A stretch of DNA of 50,931 nucleotides from Alphaproteobacteria bacterium (lineage in GTDB: Bacteria; Pseudomonadota; Alphaproteobacteria; UBA6615), in the NCBI GenBank assembly GCA_003230015.1, contig QIGO01000189.1:1-50931 (forward strand), written 5' to 3'. The position numbers and the translations under genes were made by a program. The notes beneath the pieces were generated by a model. The model was given only the letters and a program-made list of their open reading frames with translations, was not told where the DNA came from and ran no database searches. Every line of letters begins with the position of its first letter. The stretch's first letter is position 1. Positions 9,711 to 19,080 of the stretch are shown here, in pieces.

Positions 9711-10519
9711 GCTGCCGTGACTTCGCGCGGGCGGCGCATGGGGTCCAACCGCTGCGCGATCACGTCTGCTTCGCGTTGGAGCATCGACACGACTTGCATT
9801 CGCCTCTCAGGTTGCATGCGTTCGGAAATCGCCGCGACGCTAAGCGTCGCTACCGGCAGGCCGTCCTTGCCAAGAACAGCGACGGCGACGGCACTCATTC
9901 CGCTAACAATCCGTCCGCCGTTGAATGCGTATCCCTGGGCCCGCGTCTCTTCGATCTGTTGATAGATATCGGAAACGTCGAACCCCGAGAGAGCGGACTC
10001 ACGTGCGGCGTTGATCTCGATGGCTTGCCGCAACTCGCTGTCGGGTAGGGCGGAGAGAAGAGCGAGACTGCCCGACCCGATGCCGAGGGGCCGACGGTCA
10101 CCGATATTGAGCGTCAGAGTCCGAATGGGAAACGAGCCAACCTGCCGGTCAACGCAGACGGCCTCGTACCGGTCCATGATCGACAGGAACACGGTATCGC
10201 CCGTTTGCCGGGCAAGCGCGACGAGGCTCGGTCGGGCCAACTCAATTATGTCCAGCCGACTCTGTGCGGCCATTGCGAGCGTATAGACCTCGAGGCCCAG
10301 CCGGTAGCGCCGCGTCGCCGCGTCCTGCTCGACGAAGCCGAGGTCTAGCAACGCATTGATCAGGCGGTGGGTGGTTGTCTTGCCGAGGCCGATCGCCTGC
10401 GTCACCTCGGCCAAGCGCGTTCCCGCGGTCCCCGCATGGGCAAGGACGCGCAGGATCGTTGCCGCCCGATCCAGGCTTCGGACGCCACTCCGCCGGTCGA
10501 TCAGTTTGCTCTCCGGCAT
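9707..10519 (-). CDS. IclR-family transcriptional regulator
   Basis: N-terminal HTH (SLDRA..IL, LGKTTTHRLINAL, RYRLG) and C-terminal effector domain (TGDTVFL, GSGSLALL, GYAF). Confidence 0.93.
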   Translation of the reverse strand: MPESKLIDRRSGVRSLDRAATILRVLAHAGTAGTRLAEVTQAIGLGKTTTHRLINALLDLGFVEQDAATRRYRLGLEVYTLAMAAQSRLDIIELARPSLVALARQTGDTVFLSIMDRYEAVCVDRQVGSFPIRTLTLNIGDRRPLGIGSGSLALLSALPDSELRQAIEINAARESALSGFDVSDIYQQIEETRAQGYAFNGGRIVSGMSAVAVAVLGKDGLPVATLSVAAISERMQPERRMQVVSMLQREADVIAQRLDPMRRPREVTAA

Positions 10520-10573
10520 TTCAACTCCCTAGACAACGAGGACATTATGCGTTACGGATAGTGGAACTCGAGA

Positions 10574-10602
10574 ACCATAATACAGAACAAAAGTGTTGTC
10601 AA
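10574..10602 (-). promoter_or_regulatory. Putative sigma70 promoter of the iclR-led operon
   Basis: Minus strand TTGACA (10602-10597), 17-bp spacer, TATGGT (10579-10574), about 55 bp upstream of the iclR start. Confidence 0.55.
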
Positions 10603-10671
10603 AGCCATGAAACCCGCAATATCTAGGCCGTTGGCGAGGGAATTGGTCCTATTGGGTCCATATTTTGGCAC

Positions 10672-11511
10672 ATGGCGGGAGGGAAAATGAGGAACGGGGC
10701 AATCCTCCTGGCTGACACGGCGACCGTGCTCGGGCCGCTATTCGCCAACGCCATCGTCATTTGCGGGTCTCACGGCGGTACCTTTCCGGGTTGCCTTGTC
10801 GCCCAGGCGGGCTGCCGCGGGGCGATTTTCAACGATGCGGCCATCGGAATGCAGGCCGCGGGAATCGGATCGCTCGCGCTCCTAGAAGGGCTTGGTTTGC
10901 CGGGCGCGGCTGTCGACCACTGTAGTGCGCGGATCGGCGACGCGGCCGACATGCAAGCGCGCGGCATCATTTCGCGGATCAATACTTCCGCGGAAGTATT
11001 CGGCTGTGCCGTTGGCCAGACCGTCGCCGAATGCGCGAAACGGATGTCGCGCGGCGCACCGCGCCTGTCGTCGGCGCCCGATATCGCCGAACAGCGCGTG
11101 CTTGTCGCGGAAGGGGGCGGTGTAAAGGTCTGGGCGCTCGATTCGGCGTCACAGGTTGTGGCCAATGATGCTGACGCCATTCTTCTGACCGGCTCTCACG
11201 GCGGCTTGGTTGGCGGGCGGACATCCGCAGTACTGAAAACGAGCGCGCGCCTAGCGGTATTCAATGATGCGGGCGTCGGCGTCGATCGAGCCGGCATCGG
11301 AAGGCTGGCGGCGCTTTCGGCGCGCGGCATTCCTGCCGCCACGGTCTCCGCTGAAACGGCGCGCATCGGCGACGGCGTTTCGACCTACGAGGACGGCATC
11401 ATTTCGTTCCTCAACGAGCCTGCTCATTTGCTCGGTGGGCGGCCGGGTCAAGCGGTGCGTGAATTTGTCACCGCGCTTCTTCATCGCGTTTCCTCGGAGG
11501 CGACGAGTTGA
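10672..11511 (+). CDS. Hypothetical protein made of two tandem homologous domains
   Basis: Both halves carry GSHGG, FNDA.G...AGIG.L, ARIGD and GIIS..N. The stop overlaps the next start (TTGA). Confidence 0.85.
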   Translation: MAGGKMRNGAILLADTATVLGPLFANAIVICGSHGGTFPGCLVAQAGCRGAIFNDAAIGMQAAGIGSLALLEGLGLPGAAVDHCSARIGDAADMQARGIISRINTSAEVFGCAVGQTVAECAKRMSRGAPRLSSAPDIAEQRVLVAEGGGVKVWALDSASQVVANDADAILLTGSHGGLVGGRTSAVLKTSARLAVFNDAGVGVDRAGIGRLAALSARGIPAATVSAETARIGDGVSTYEDGIISFLNEPAHLLGGRPGQAVREFVTALLHRVSSEATS

Positions 11512-13265
11512 ACGAGGTTCAGGAAGCCATGCCTCATGGGGCAATACCAATGAATGGCGGCCGCCTCATCGCTGAGATGGTGAAGGCCCACGGCGTTGGT
11601 CCAATGTTTGGGATGGGCGGATTTCAGCTCCTGCCCTTCTACGAGGCGATCCGTCAACTCGGTCTTGAGCACTACCTCGTGAATGACGAGCGAACCGGCG
11701 CGTTCGCCGCCGATGCTTATGCGCGCGTTTCCGGGCGACCCGGGGTGTGCGACGCGACGCTTGGCCCCGGCGCGACAAATCTCGTCACAGCCCTCGTCGA
11801 GTCGTTGAATGCGGGCATTCCACTTGTCGTGTTTGTGGGGGACACACACCGCCGCCACGCCGGGCGCAACATGACCCAGGAAGCGCGCCAGACGGAAATC
11901 CTGCGCCCCGCCGTAAAGGAATTGATCCGCGTGGAAATGGTCGAGCGGATTCCGGAACTTGTGCGTCGCGCGTTCGCCTTATCGACCGCCGGCCGACCCG
12001 GTCCGGTTGTGCTCGACATTCCGGAAGACGTATGCCACGGCGAAGCTTTCATATCGCGCGCCGAAATCTATGCAGGTTCCGCTGCGGTCGCCGTTCCGGC
12101 CATGCGCTGTCGGCCCGATGCTGACGCGATTACCCGTGCCGCCGCTCTTCTACAGGACGCCGAGCGGCCCTTAATTCTCGCGGGCGGCGGCGTTCATCTT
12201 TCCCGTGCCGACGGCGTGCTGACGGAGTTCGCCGAGACATTCGGTATTCCGGTAGCTCACACAATGAGCGGCAAGGGAGCCATTGCGTGCACCCACCCGC
12301 TATCGGTTGGCCTGTTCGGGCGGTATAGCCGAATCGCCAATGATTTGATCGCATCAGCGGATTGCCTTCTGGTCATCGGCTGCAAACTTGGCGAAATCGC
12401 GACGCGCCGGTATTCGCTTCTGCCTAGCGGGACCTCGCTCATCCACCTCGACATATGTCCGGAGGAATTCGGGCGGACGGCTCGCGCGACGATCGCGCTC
12501 TTGGGGGACGCGGCCGCAGGCATTTCCGATCTTCACGAAGAGCTTCGCGAAACGGCTGCAGCGCAAAAGACGAAGCGGGCAGGCATCGCCCGCGACATTG
12601 CCGACCGGATGGCGGTTTGGCGCGAGGGGGCACGCCAAAGAACCCATTCCGACGAAGAGCCAATCAATGTCGCCCGCATTGTTCAAGCCTTCAACGAGGT
12701 GCTTCCGGCCAATGCACTGCTGATAGCCGACGGCGGCTTCGCGGCACACTGGACCGGCCTTTTTTACGATACCAAGAAAAGTGGCCGGACCTACCTTCCT
12801 GATCGTGGATTTGCCTCGATCGGCTACGGACTTCCGGGGGCGCTGGGCGCGTGGCTCGCAGTGCGCGACAGGCCCGTTGTCGCCATCACCGGCGATGGCG
12901 GATTGAACATGACGCTCGGAGACCTTGAGACCGCCCGGCGGGTCGGTGCGGCCATCGTAATCTGCGTCGTAAACAACGCTGCATCCGGTTACGTCAAAGC
13001 GCTGCAGCATTCGGTGTACGGGCCGGGCCACTACCAATCATCGGATCTTGAGGAAACGAATTACGCCGAGGTGGCGCGAGCAATGGGCTGCGCCGGTATT
13101 CGTGTTGAGCGGCCTGCCGATTTGTCGGCCGCATTGGTAGAGGCCCTCGCCGAACGAGGGCGGCCGACTGTTATCGACATAGTTTCGACGCGCGACCCGG
13201 CCGCAATGCTGCCGGGAGTCGATACCCGCGCGCTCGTTGTGGAGGCTGGTGACCGACCTATCTGA
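11508..13265 (+). CDS. ThDP-binding enzyme, acetolactate synthase/decarboxylase-like
   Basis: NDERTGAFAADAYAR (catalytic Glu), GPGATN, GRPGPV.LDIP, and the GDGG...NN ThDP motif. Confidence 0.9.
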   Translation: MNEVQEAMPHGAIPMNGGRLIAEMVKAHGVGPMFGMGGFQLLPFYEAIRQLGLEHYLVNDERTGAFAADAYARVSGRPGVCDATLGPGATNLVTALVESLNAGIPLVVFVGDTHRRHAGRNMTQEARQTEILRPAVKELIRVEMVERIPELVRRAFALSTAGRPGPVVLDIPEDVCHGEAFISRAEIYAGSAAVAVPAMRCRPDADAITRAAALLQDAERPLILAGGGVHLSRADGVLTEFAETFGIPVAHTMSGKGAIACTHPLSVGLFGRYSRIANDLIASADCLLVIGCKLGEIATRRYSLLPSGTSLIHLDICPEEFGRTARATIALLGDAAAGISDLHEELRETAAAQKTKRAGIARDIADRMAVWREGARQRTHSDEEPINVARIVQAFNEVLPANALLIADGGFAAHWTGLFYDTKKSGRTYLPDRGFASIGYGLPGALGAWLAVRDRPVVAITGDGGLNMTLGDLETARRVGAAIVICVVNNAASGYVKALQHSVYGPGHYQSSDLEETNYAEVARAMGCAGIRVERPADLSAALVEALAERGRPTVIDIVSTRDPAAMLPGVDTRALVVEAGDRPI

Positions 13266-13366
13266 AGGTCGAAAGAAGGGAGTTGAAAGATGGCATGCCT
13301 CACTTTGTGGCTGGGGAGGTCAGTGTGGCACTGGGCTGAGGCCTCCCGATTGAGGAACGTCGGGAA

Positions 13367-13564
13367 GTGACTTTCGGCGTGCTCCCCGAAGATCTAGCGC
13401 TCTGCGATGCCGGCGCGCTCTCTGTTATTCGGGCGGTCGTCGAGCAGGGCTTAATGCCGCGTGTCGGCGATTCGGTGGGCTTCTTCGTGCGTGACGTTGC
13501 GACTTTGCACCTTTTCGATAATCTAGCTCCCGGTCAACCCGCGATCGCTCGAGTGATCGCATGA
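13367..13564 (+). pseudogene. Probable C-terminal (TOBE-like) remnant of a sugar ABC ATPase
   Basis: VTFGVLPEDL...LHLFD resembles GLRPEDI...VHLFE and GVRPEHV...VHFFD in the intact ATPases of this window. The stop overlaps the SDR start (ATGA). Confidence 0.5.
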
Positions 13565-14358
13565 CCGGTGCCCACCACGAAAAGGTAGCATTAGTCACAG
13601 GCGCGGCGGGCGGTATCGGGCTTGCCACGGCTGAGCGCCTCGGCCGCGAAGGCGCCGCCGTCGTGCTCGTCGACAATCAAGTTGAGCCGCTTCAGCGAGC
13701 TGCGGCCGCGATGGTCGCGCAGGGGCAAACGGTACTGGCCGTACCAGCCGATATCGGAAAGGAAGACGAGGCACTCGGCTGCGTCGACGCGGCGGTAGAC
13801 GCCTTCGGCCGGCTTGATATCGTCGTCAATGCGGCGGGCATTCAACCCTACGGAACGGTGGTTGACACCGACCTTGCAGATTGGGAGCGCGTCTTCGCTG
13901 TGAACCTCACTGCGATTTTTTTGATCTCCAAGCGGGCAATTCCGATGATGCTGGCACAGGGTGGAGGTGTGATCGTTAATATCGCCTCCGTCCAATCGCT
14001 CGCGAGCTCGGCACGTGTAGCCGCCTACGCGGCGTCAAAAGCCGGTGTTCTAGGATTGACCCGGTCGATAGCTGTCGACCATGCCCGCGACGGGATCCGC
14101 GCCAACGCAATCTGCCCCGGCTCCGTCGATACGCCGCTGCTCCGTTTTTCCGCCGAGGCAAACCGCGGCGATCGCAGTGTGGAGGACATGATTGCCGGTT
14201 GGGGGGCGATGCATCCGGTCGGTCGCGTCGGACGCGCCGAGGAGATTGCCGGATTGGCGTCATACCTCGCCGGTCCGGACGCCGCGTTCATCAACGGCGC
14301 CGCTATTACGATCGATGGCGGCGTCATGGCGAAGCTCGGCATCGTGCTCCCGGAGTAA
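13561..14358 (+). CDS. Classical SDR oxidoreductase
   Basis: TGAAGGIG, NAAG, NIAS, YAASK, ANAICPG. Confidence 0.92.
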   Translation: MTGAHHEKVALVTGAAGGIGLATAERLGREGAAVVLVDNQVEPLQRAAAAMVAQGQTVLAVPADIGKEDEALGCVDAAVDAFGRLDIVVNAAGIQPYGTVVDTDLADWERVFAVNLTAIFLISKRAIPMMLAQGGGVIVNIASVQSLASSARVAAYAASKAGVLGLTRSIAVDHARDGIRANAICPGSVDTPLLRFSAEANRGDRSVEDMIAGWGAMHPVGRVGRAEEIAGLASYLAGPDAAFINGAAITIDGGVMAKLGIVLPE

Positions 14359-14362
14359 TGAC

Positions 14363-15622
14363 ATGCATTTGGGATGCATCGCAGACGACTTCACCGGAGC
14401 AAGCGACCTTGCCAATACTCTCGCCAAGGGGGGCATGGCGACGACGCAATTCGTTGGCGTGCCAGGCGGTGCGGCGCCACGCGACTGCGAGGCCGGGGTC
14501 GTGTCGTTGAAAACCCGGTCGGTCGCCGCCGACAAGGCGATCGCGGAGAGCATTGCGGCGCTGGAATGGCTGCGGCGGCAGGGATGTCGCCAGTATTTCT
14601 TCAAGTATTGCTCCACCTTCGATTCAACGCCGGAGGGCAATATCGGCCCGGTCGCGGAAGCAATGGTGAATGCCATCGATGCTGCTGTGGCGGTCGTGTG
14701 TCCTGTGTTCCCGGCAACCGGGCGGACGCTCTACTCGGGACACCTCTTTGTCGATGGGAAGCTGCTGTCCGAATCAGGGATGGAAAATCACCCGCTCAAC
14801 CCGATGACGGACGCAGACATCCGACGCTGGCTGAGCTTGCAGACGCATGGCGACGTTGGCCTTCTGCCTTACGATGTGGTGCGGCAAGGCGCCGCCGCCA
14901 TTCGCGTGGGACTTGGGGCCGAAGCGGCCGCGGGGCGGCGGCTGGTAGTAGTCGACGCGCTTACGGACAACGATCTGATCGAAATCGGCGTGGCGGTGGC
15001 CGACGACAAGCTGGTGACTGGCGGCTCCGGAATTGCCCTCGGACTCCCGAATAATTTCCGCAAGTCAGGGCTGATTCATGGCAGCTCCATCGCTTTTTCG
15101 GGTGCCAAGGGGTCCGGGGTCGTCCTGTTGGGGTCATGTTCGGCGACCACGCGCGGCCAGGTCGCCGCCCACCTTGAGGACCATCCCGGCCTAGCCGTCG
15201 ATCCCGACGATTTGTCGTATGGCACGATCAACGCCGACATGGCCGTCGCCTTCGCCCACGATCGGATCGATCGATCGCCAATCATCTATACCACCGCCGA
15301 ACCGGCCGATGTACGGGCCGCCCAAGAACGCCACGGCCGCGAAGCGATTGCCATGACGATCGAGGCGTTCTTCGGAGAAGTGGCCAAACAGCTGGTGGCT
15401 GAGGCCGGCGTGACCCGTATCGCGGTTGGCGGTGGCGAGACCTCCGGCGCTGTCGTTAATGCGCTTGGACTGGAGTGGTTCCGCATAGGCCCCGAGATCG
15501 ACCCCGGCGTGCCGATACTTTCCGCCGAAGGGCGACAGCCGGTGCATCTCGCGCTAAAGAGCGGAAACTTCGGTAGCAGCGATTTCTTTGCGAAGGCGCT
15601 TGGCGCAATGGGGGGTTCATGA
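14363..15622 (+). CDS. otnK: 3-oxo-tetronate kinase (four-carbon acid sugar kinase, DUF1537 family)
   Basis: LGCIADDFTGASDLA, FKYCSTFDST..GNIGPV, HPLNPMTD, GGETSG, LALKSGNFG. Start placed at ATG 14363 rather than 14192. Confidence 0.88.
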   Translation: MHLGCIADDFTGASDLANTLAKGGMATTQFVGVPGGAAPRDCEAGVVSLKTRSVAADKAIAESIAALEWLRRQGCRQYFFKYCSTFDSTPEGNIGPVAEAMVNAIDAAVAVVCPVFPATGRTLYSGHLFVDGKLLSESGMENHPLNPMTDADIRRWLSLQTHGDVGLLPYDVVRQGAAAIRVGLGAEAAAGRRLVVVDALTDNDLIEIGVAVADDKLVTGGSGIALGLPNNFRKSGLIHGSSIAFSGAKGSGVVLLGSCSATTRGQVAAHLEDHPGLAVDPDDLSYGTINADMAVAFAHDRIDRSPIIYTTAEPADVRAAQERHGREAIAMTIEAFFGEVAKQLVAEAGVTRIAVGGGETSGAVVNALGLEWFRIGPEIDPGVPILSAEGRQPVHLALKSGNFGSSDFFAKALGAMGGS

Positions 15623-15733
15623 GCGAACAAGACCTTTGTCAGGCGCGGCTTCGTTTCATGGTACGGACGGCGGTCCATCCGCGCGAAGTCGAATGCGAGC
15701 CCACAAGCGGCGATCGGTCAACAGGGAATCGGA

Positions 15734-16789
15734 TTGAAAATGACAAATTACGCTGGTGAAATTCGACGAAAAGGATTCGTCGAGAAGGTATCTAAATATC
15801 CGCTCGTTGGAAAAGTAGCCAAATACTGGGAGGAAAACCCGGGGCTGAGGCAACCCCTGGGAGTGCTTATTCCGCTGGTCCTTATCATCACGATTTTCGC
15901 CATAATCAATCCCCGCGTAATATCGGAACAGAATATATTCAATATCCTCCGGCAGGCCGCAATTATCATGGTCCTGGGCACGGGGATGACCCTTGTCATC
16001 GCGACGGGTGGAATCGATCTTTCCGTCGGTTCGATCGTCGGATTAACCGCTGCTGTTGCAGGCCTAATTCTAGATAGTGCGCTTACAGACTTTCCAGTAT
16101 TTTTCGCCATAATCGCGGCCATTAGCGTTGGCATTGCATGCGGGGCCGTTAACGGCGCTGTGATCAACTATTTCAAAGTACCGCCGCTCATAATGACACT
16201 TGGCACGCTAACAACCATACGCGGAATAACATTTTTAATGATGCAGGATAAAATTGTCCGAGGATTTCCGGACAGTTTTTCGTTTATTGGACAGGGGCGG
16301 ATAGGTGGCGTCCCGGTGCCGATCATCATAGGCCTAACGACAATGGTCGTCGGCGGACTGATTCTGTCATCGACCAGGACCGGAAAATACATGCTTGCTG
16401 TTGGCGGGAACGAGGAAGCCGCGAAGCGTTGCGGGATAAAAATTACGCAGTACCGGCTGCTTGCTTACATCATCAGTGGCGGACTGGCCGGACTGGCGGG
16501 AATAATGCTGGCATCACGAATTGATTCCGCGCAGGCAAGCTTGGGTACGGGTCTGGAACTCCACGTCGTCGTGGTTGTCATCCTTGGGGGCACATACCTC
16601 TTTGGTGGATACGCGACGATGTTGGGGACATTGCTCGGCATTTTGTTGATTGGGGTTATAGAAAATGGACTTCTTCTTGTTGGGGTACCGTTTTTTTGGC
16701 AACAGATTGTGATTGGTACTCTACTGATAACAGCGGTTGCCGTGCAGATGTACAGGTTCCGTTCCTCTTCGATGGGAGCACAAGAGTAG
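15734..16789 (+). CDS. Monosaccharide ABC permease (RbsC-like)
   Basis: GGIDLSVGS, PPLIMTLG, AVGGNEEAA...GI, ILGGT.L.GG. Confidence 0.92.
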   Translation: MKMTNYAGEIRRKGFVEKVSKYPLVGKVAKYWEENPGLRQPLGVLIPLVLIITIFAIINPRVISEQNIFNILRQAAIIMVLGTGMTLVIATGGIDLSVGSIVGLTAAVAGLILDSALTDFPVFFAIIAAISVGIACGAVNGAVINYFKVPPLIMTLGTLTTIRGITFLMMQDKIVRGFPDSFSFIGQGRIGGVPVPIIIGLTTMVVGGLILSSTRTGKYMLAVGGNEEAAKRCGIKITQYRLLAYIISGGLAGLAGIMLASRIDSAQASLGTGLELHVVVVVILGGTYLFGGYATMLGTLLGILLIGVIENGLLLVGVPFFWQQIVIGTLLITAVAVQMYRFRSSSMGAQE

Positions 16790-16876
16790 CGCCGAAGGAA
16801 AGGAGAAGCGTGGCAGGGAAAAGAAACGAATACAAATTGCAGAAATTCAATCGTCAGATCCTGAGGAGGAGAGATC

Positions 16877-17896
16877 ATGAAAGGGAAACTCTTTAAATTT
16901 ATCGTTATGGCGTCGGCTATTGGTCTGTACGGTACACAGCCAGTGGTTGCGAGTGAAAATGAGGTTGTTATCGGTTTCGCCCCGTCGGCATACGACACGA
17001 CAGACTACTTCGGCCAATTCGACTCGGCCATGCGGGAAGTTCTAGAAAAGGAGGGAATTTCCTTCAAGGTGAAGGGCCGGGCGCCGCTAACTCCTGGCGA
17101 TGTGCGTGGCCACATGGGTATCGTCGAGGACTTCATAACAATTGGTGTCGACTACATTATTTTTGGGCCACTCGATCCCGTCGCAACAGTTCCGGTAATA
17201 AGGCTGGCCAATGAAGCCGGTATACCGCTAATCATTATGAACCGTCTCGAGCCTCTTCCAGACGACGCCGGTGTCGAGGTCATGACATATACCGGATATT
17301 CCCAAAGAATGGGCGGCGAGATACTGGGCCAATGGGCCATAGACAACCTGTTGGAGGCTGGTGACGAGGTAGCGATTATCTACGGGAATGTGGGGCACGC
17401 GGTGTCGGATGATCGCGGTTTTCCAGCCAAGGAAGCCTGGGAAAAAGCGGGTATTAAGGTCGTATTCGAGCAGAATACGAATTGGCTATCGACTTCCGCC
17501 TACGATGTTACCGAGCGTGTGCTCGTAACCTACCCGAACATCAAACTTATCTATGGGGTTTCCAGTTCCATAGCCATGGGGGCGGCAGAGGCTGTTGCTG
17601 CCGCTGGCTTAAAGGGAAAGGTTGACGTTCTTGGATTTGGAAGTATCACCCCCGAAATTGACATGATCTGGGAGGGATTAATCCGGGGTTCTATCTTCCG
17701 GGATGCGGCAAGCAATGGTAGGCAGGCCGCGGAAGCCATCATTCTGCGTGAGCAGGGGAAAGCCGTCCCCTCCAGCTACGGGATGGAGTTGATAATGGTC
17801 AGCAGCAGGGATGAGATTTTGGATAGTATCCCAGTTGGGCAGTTGGAACCCACGAAGAACTGGCCTGAGATGGAAAAAGCACTTGCTGCGAGGTGA
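16877..17896 (+). CDS. Monosaccharide ABC substrate-binding protein (RbsB-like)
   Basis: Signal peptide, GAGGAG RBS, ANEAGIPLI, and the DR..N..W pattern of periplasmic binding protein type 1. Confidence 0.88.
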   Translation: MKGKLFKFIVMASAIGLYGTQPVVASENEVVIGFAPSAYDTTDYFGQFDSAMREVLEKEGISFKVKGRAPLTPGDVRGHMGIVEDFITIGVDYIIFGPLDPVATVPVIRLANEAGIPLIIMNRLEPLPDDAGVEVMTYTGYSQRMGGEILGQWAIDNLLEAGDEVAIIYGNVGHAVSDDRGFPAKEAWEKAGIKVVFEQNTNWLSTSAYDVTERVLVTYPNIKLIYGVSSSIAMGAAEAVAAAGLKGKVDVLGFGSITPEIDMIWEGLIRGSIFRDAASNGRQAAEAIILREQGKAVPSSYGMELIMVSSRDEILDSIPVGQLEPTKNWPEMEKALAAR

Positions 17897-17901
17897 GGTT
17901 G

Positions 17902-17937
17902 TGGGGGAACTCGGGCGTTCCGGTTCCCCCATTTTTT
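17902..17937 (+). terminator. Hairpin plus T-run after the binding-protein gene (terminator or mRNA stabiliser)
   Basis: TGGGGGAAC...GTTCCCCCA stem followed by TTTTTT. Confidence 0.65.
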
Positions 17938-17997
17938 CCGAATAGGTCCGAGAATTTTGGATCAAGTGAGCGCAGGGACCTTGAGAGGGTGGACAAT

Positions 17998-18753
17998 ATG
18001 GAAATGAACGAGCCTCTCATTCAAATGAGGGGGATAAGCAAGAGTTTCGGTGGTGTGGAGGCATTAAAGGAGGTCGATCTCCAGCTTGGGCGGCAAGAAG
18101 TTCTCGGTCTGGTGGGAGACAATGGAGCCGGTAAATCCACGCTTATCAAAATATTGACAGGCGCTATTACGCCCGATCAGGGCGAAATTTTGATAGATGG
18201 GGAGAAGGTAAAAATTACCCATCCCAGGGACTCGCAAGGTCTCGGGATACAAGCCATCTACCAGGACTTGTCGCTGGTAGGGACATTTGATCCGCCATCG
18301 AACCTGTTCTTGGGAAAAGAAATCATCAAACGCCGTTTCGGCCTGTTTCCCGTTCTAGATAAAAAGAAAATGCTGAAGGAGGGGTTGAAGACATTACGCG
18401 AGGAACTAATGATCGATATTCCCAACCCTTACAATTCGGTGAACAAACTCTCCGGGGGGCAGCAACAAGCGGTCGCAATAGGTAGGGCGATATATTTGAA
18501 GGCCAAGGTTATAATCATGGACGAACCCACTGCGTCCCTGGGTGTGGAAGAATGCGAGAAGATTTTAGATTTGATCAAACGGCTAAAGACGCAGGATTGT
18601 TCCGTGATAGTCATAAGCCATAACATGGAACATATTTTCTCCGTTTGCGACAGGGTGTCTGTGCTAAGGCACGGCGAGATCGTTGGCGACCGCGCTGTAT
18701 CGGATAGCAGCAGTACAGAGATTGTTAGCTACATTACCGGCGCGAAGGGATAA
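17998..18753 (+). CDS. Single-domain sugar ABC ATPase
   Basis: GDNGAGKST, LSGGQQQ, IIMDEPT, ISH. Start placed at ATG 17998, downstream of the hairpin. Confidence 0.92.
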   Translation: MEMNEPLIQMRGISKSFGGVEALKEVDLQLGRQEVLGLVGDNGAGKSTLIKILTGAITPDQGEILIDGEKVKITHPRDSQGLGIQAIYQDLSLVGTFDPPSNLFLGKEIIKRRFGLFPVLDKKKMLKEGLKTLREELMIDIPNPYNSVNKLSGGQQQAVAIGRAIYLKAKVIIMDEPTASLGVEECEKILDLIKRLKTQDCSVIVISHNMEHIFSVCDRVSVLRHGEIVGDRAVSDSSSTEIVSYITGAKG

Positions 18754-18856
18754 GTATTGTGCCTGATGAAAATATGATCGGGCACATGGCGCTTGGCAAC
18801 GGAACCTCCGACGGGATCGAGTTCCTTGGGAGCTTGCGTAGTCCTCTGAGCAATCT

Positions 18857-19075
18857 ATGACAGAACAAGATCTTCACGAGGCTCTCGTTCACTGGCGCCG
18901 CTCGATGTTCGAGCGCGGGTCGGTCGTGTCGGGAACCACCCTGGATATCGCCACATACAACGTTGAAGAACTGGTGGACGCCGCCAGATTCGCGATAACG
19001 ATGCGCGGCCAAAAGGCGCGTTATCTTACAGCGTCCGACGTTGCCGACCTGGAAACGGCGTTCGATTCAAGGTGA
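18857..19075 (+). pseudogene. otnC: Internally deleted 3-oxo-tetronate-4-phosphate decarboxylase (class II aldolase family)
   Basis: 72 aa: an OtnC-like N-terminus (MTEQDLHEAL...RSMFERG) fused in frame to an OtnC-like C-terminus (VVSGTTL..ATYNVEEL...ARYLT..DVADL). The central metal-binding region is absent. Lies directly before otnI. Confidence 0.75.
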
Positions 19076-19080
19076 CCTAG

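Noticed and set aside
14192-14362. N-terminal extension of otnK
   Set aside because: Overlaps the SDR gene. Family homology starts at MHLGCIADD (14363).
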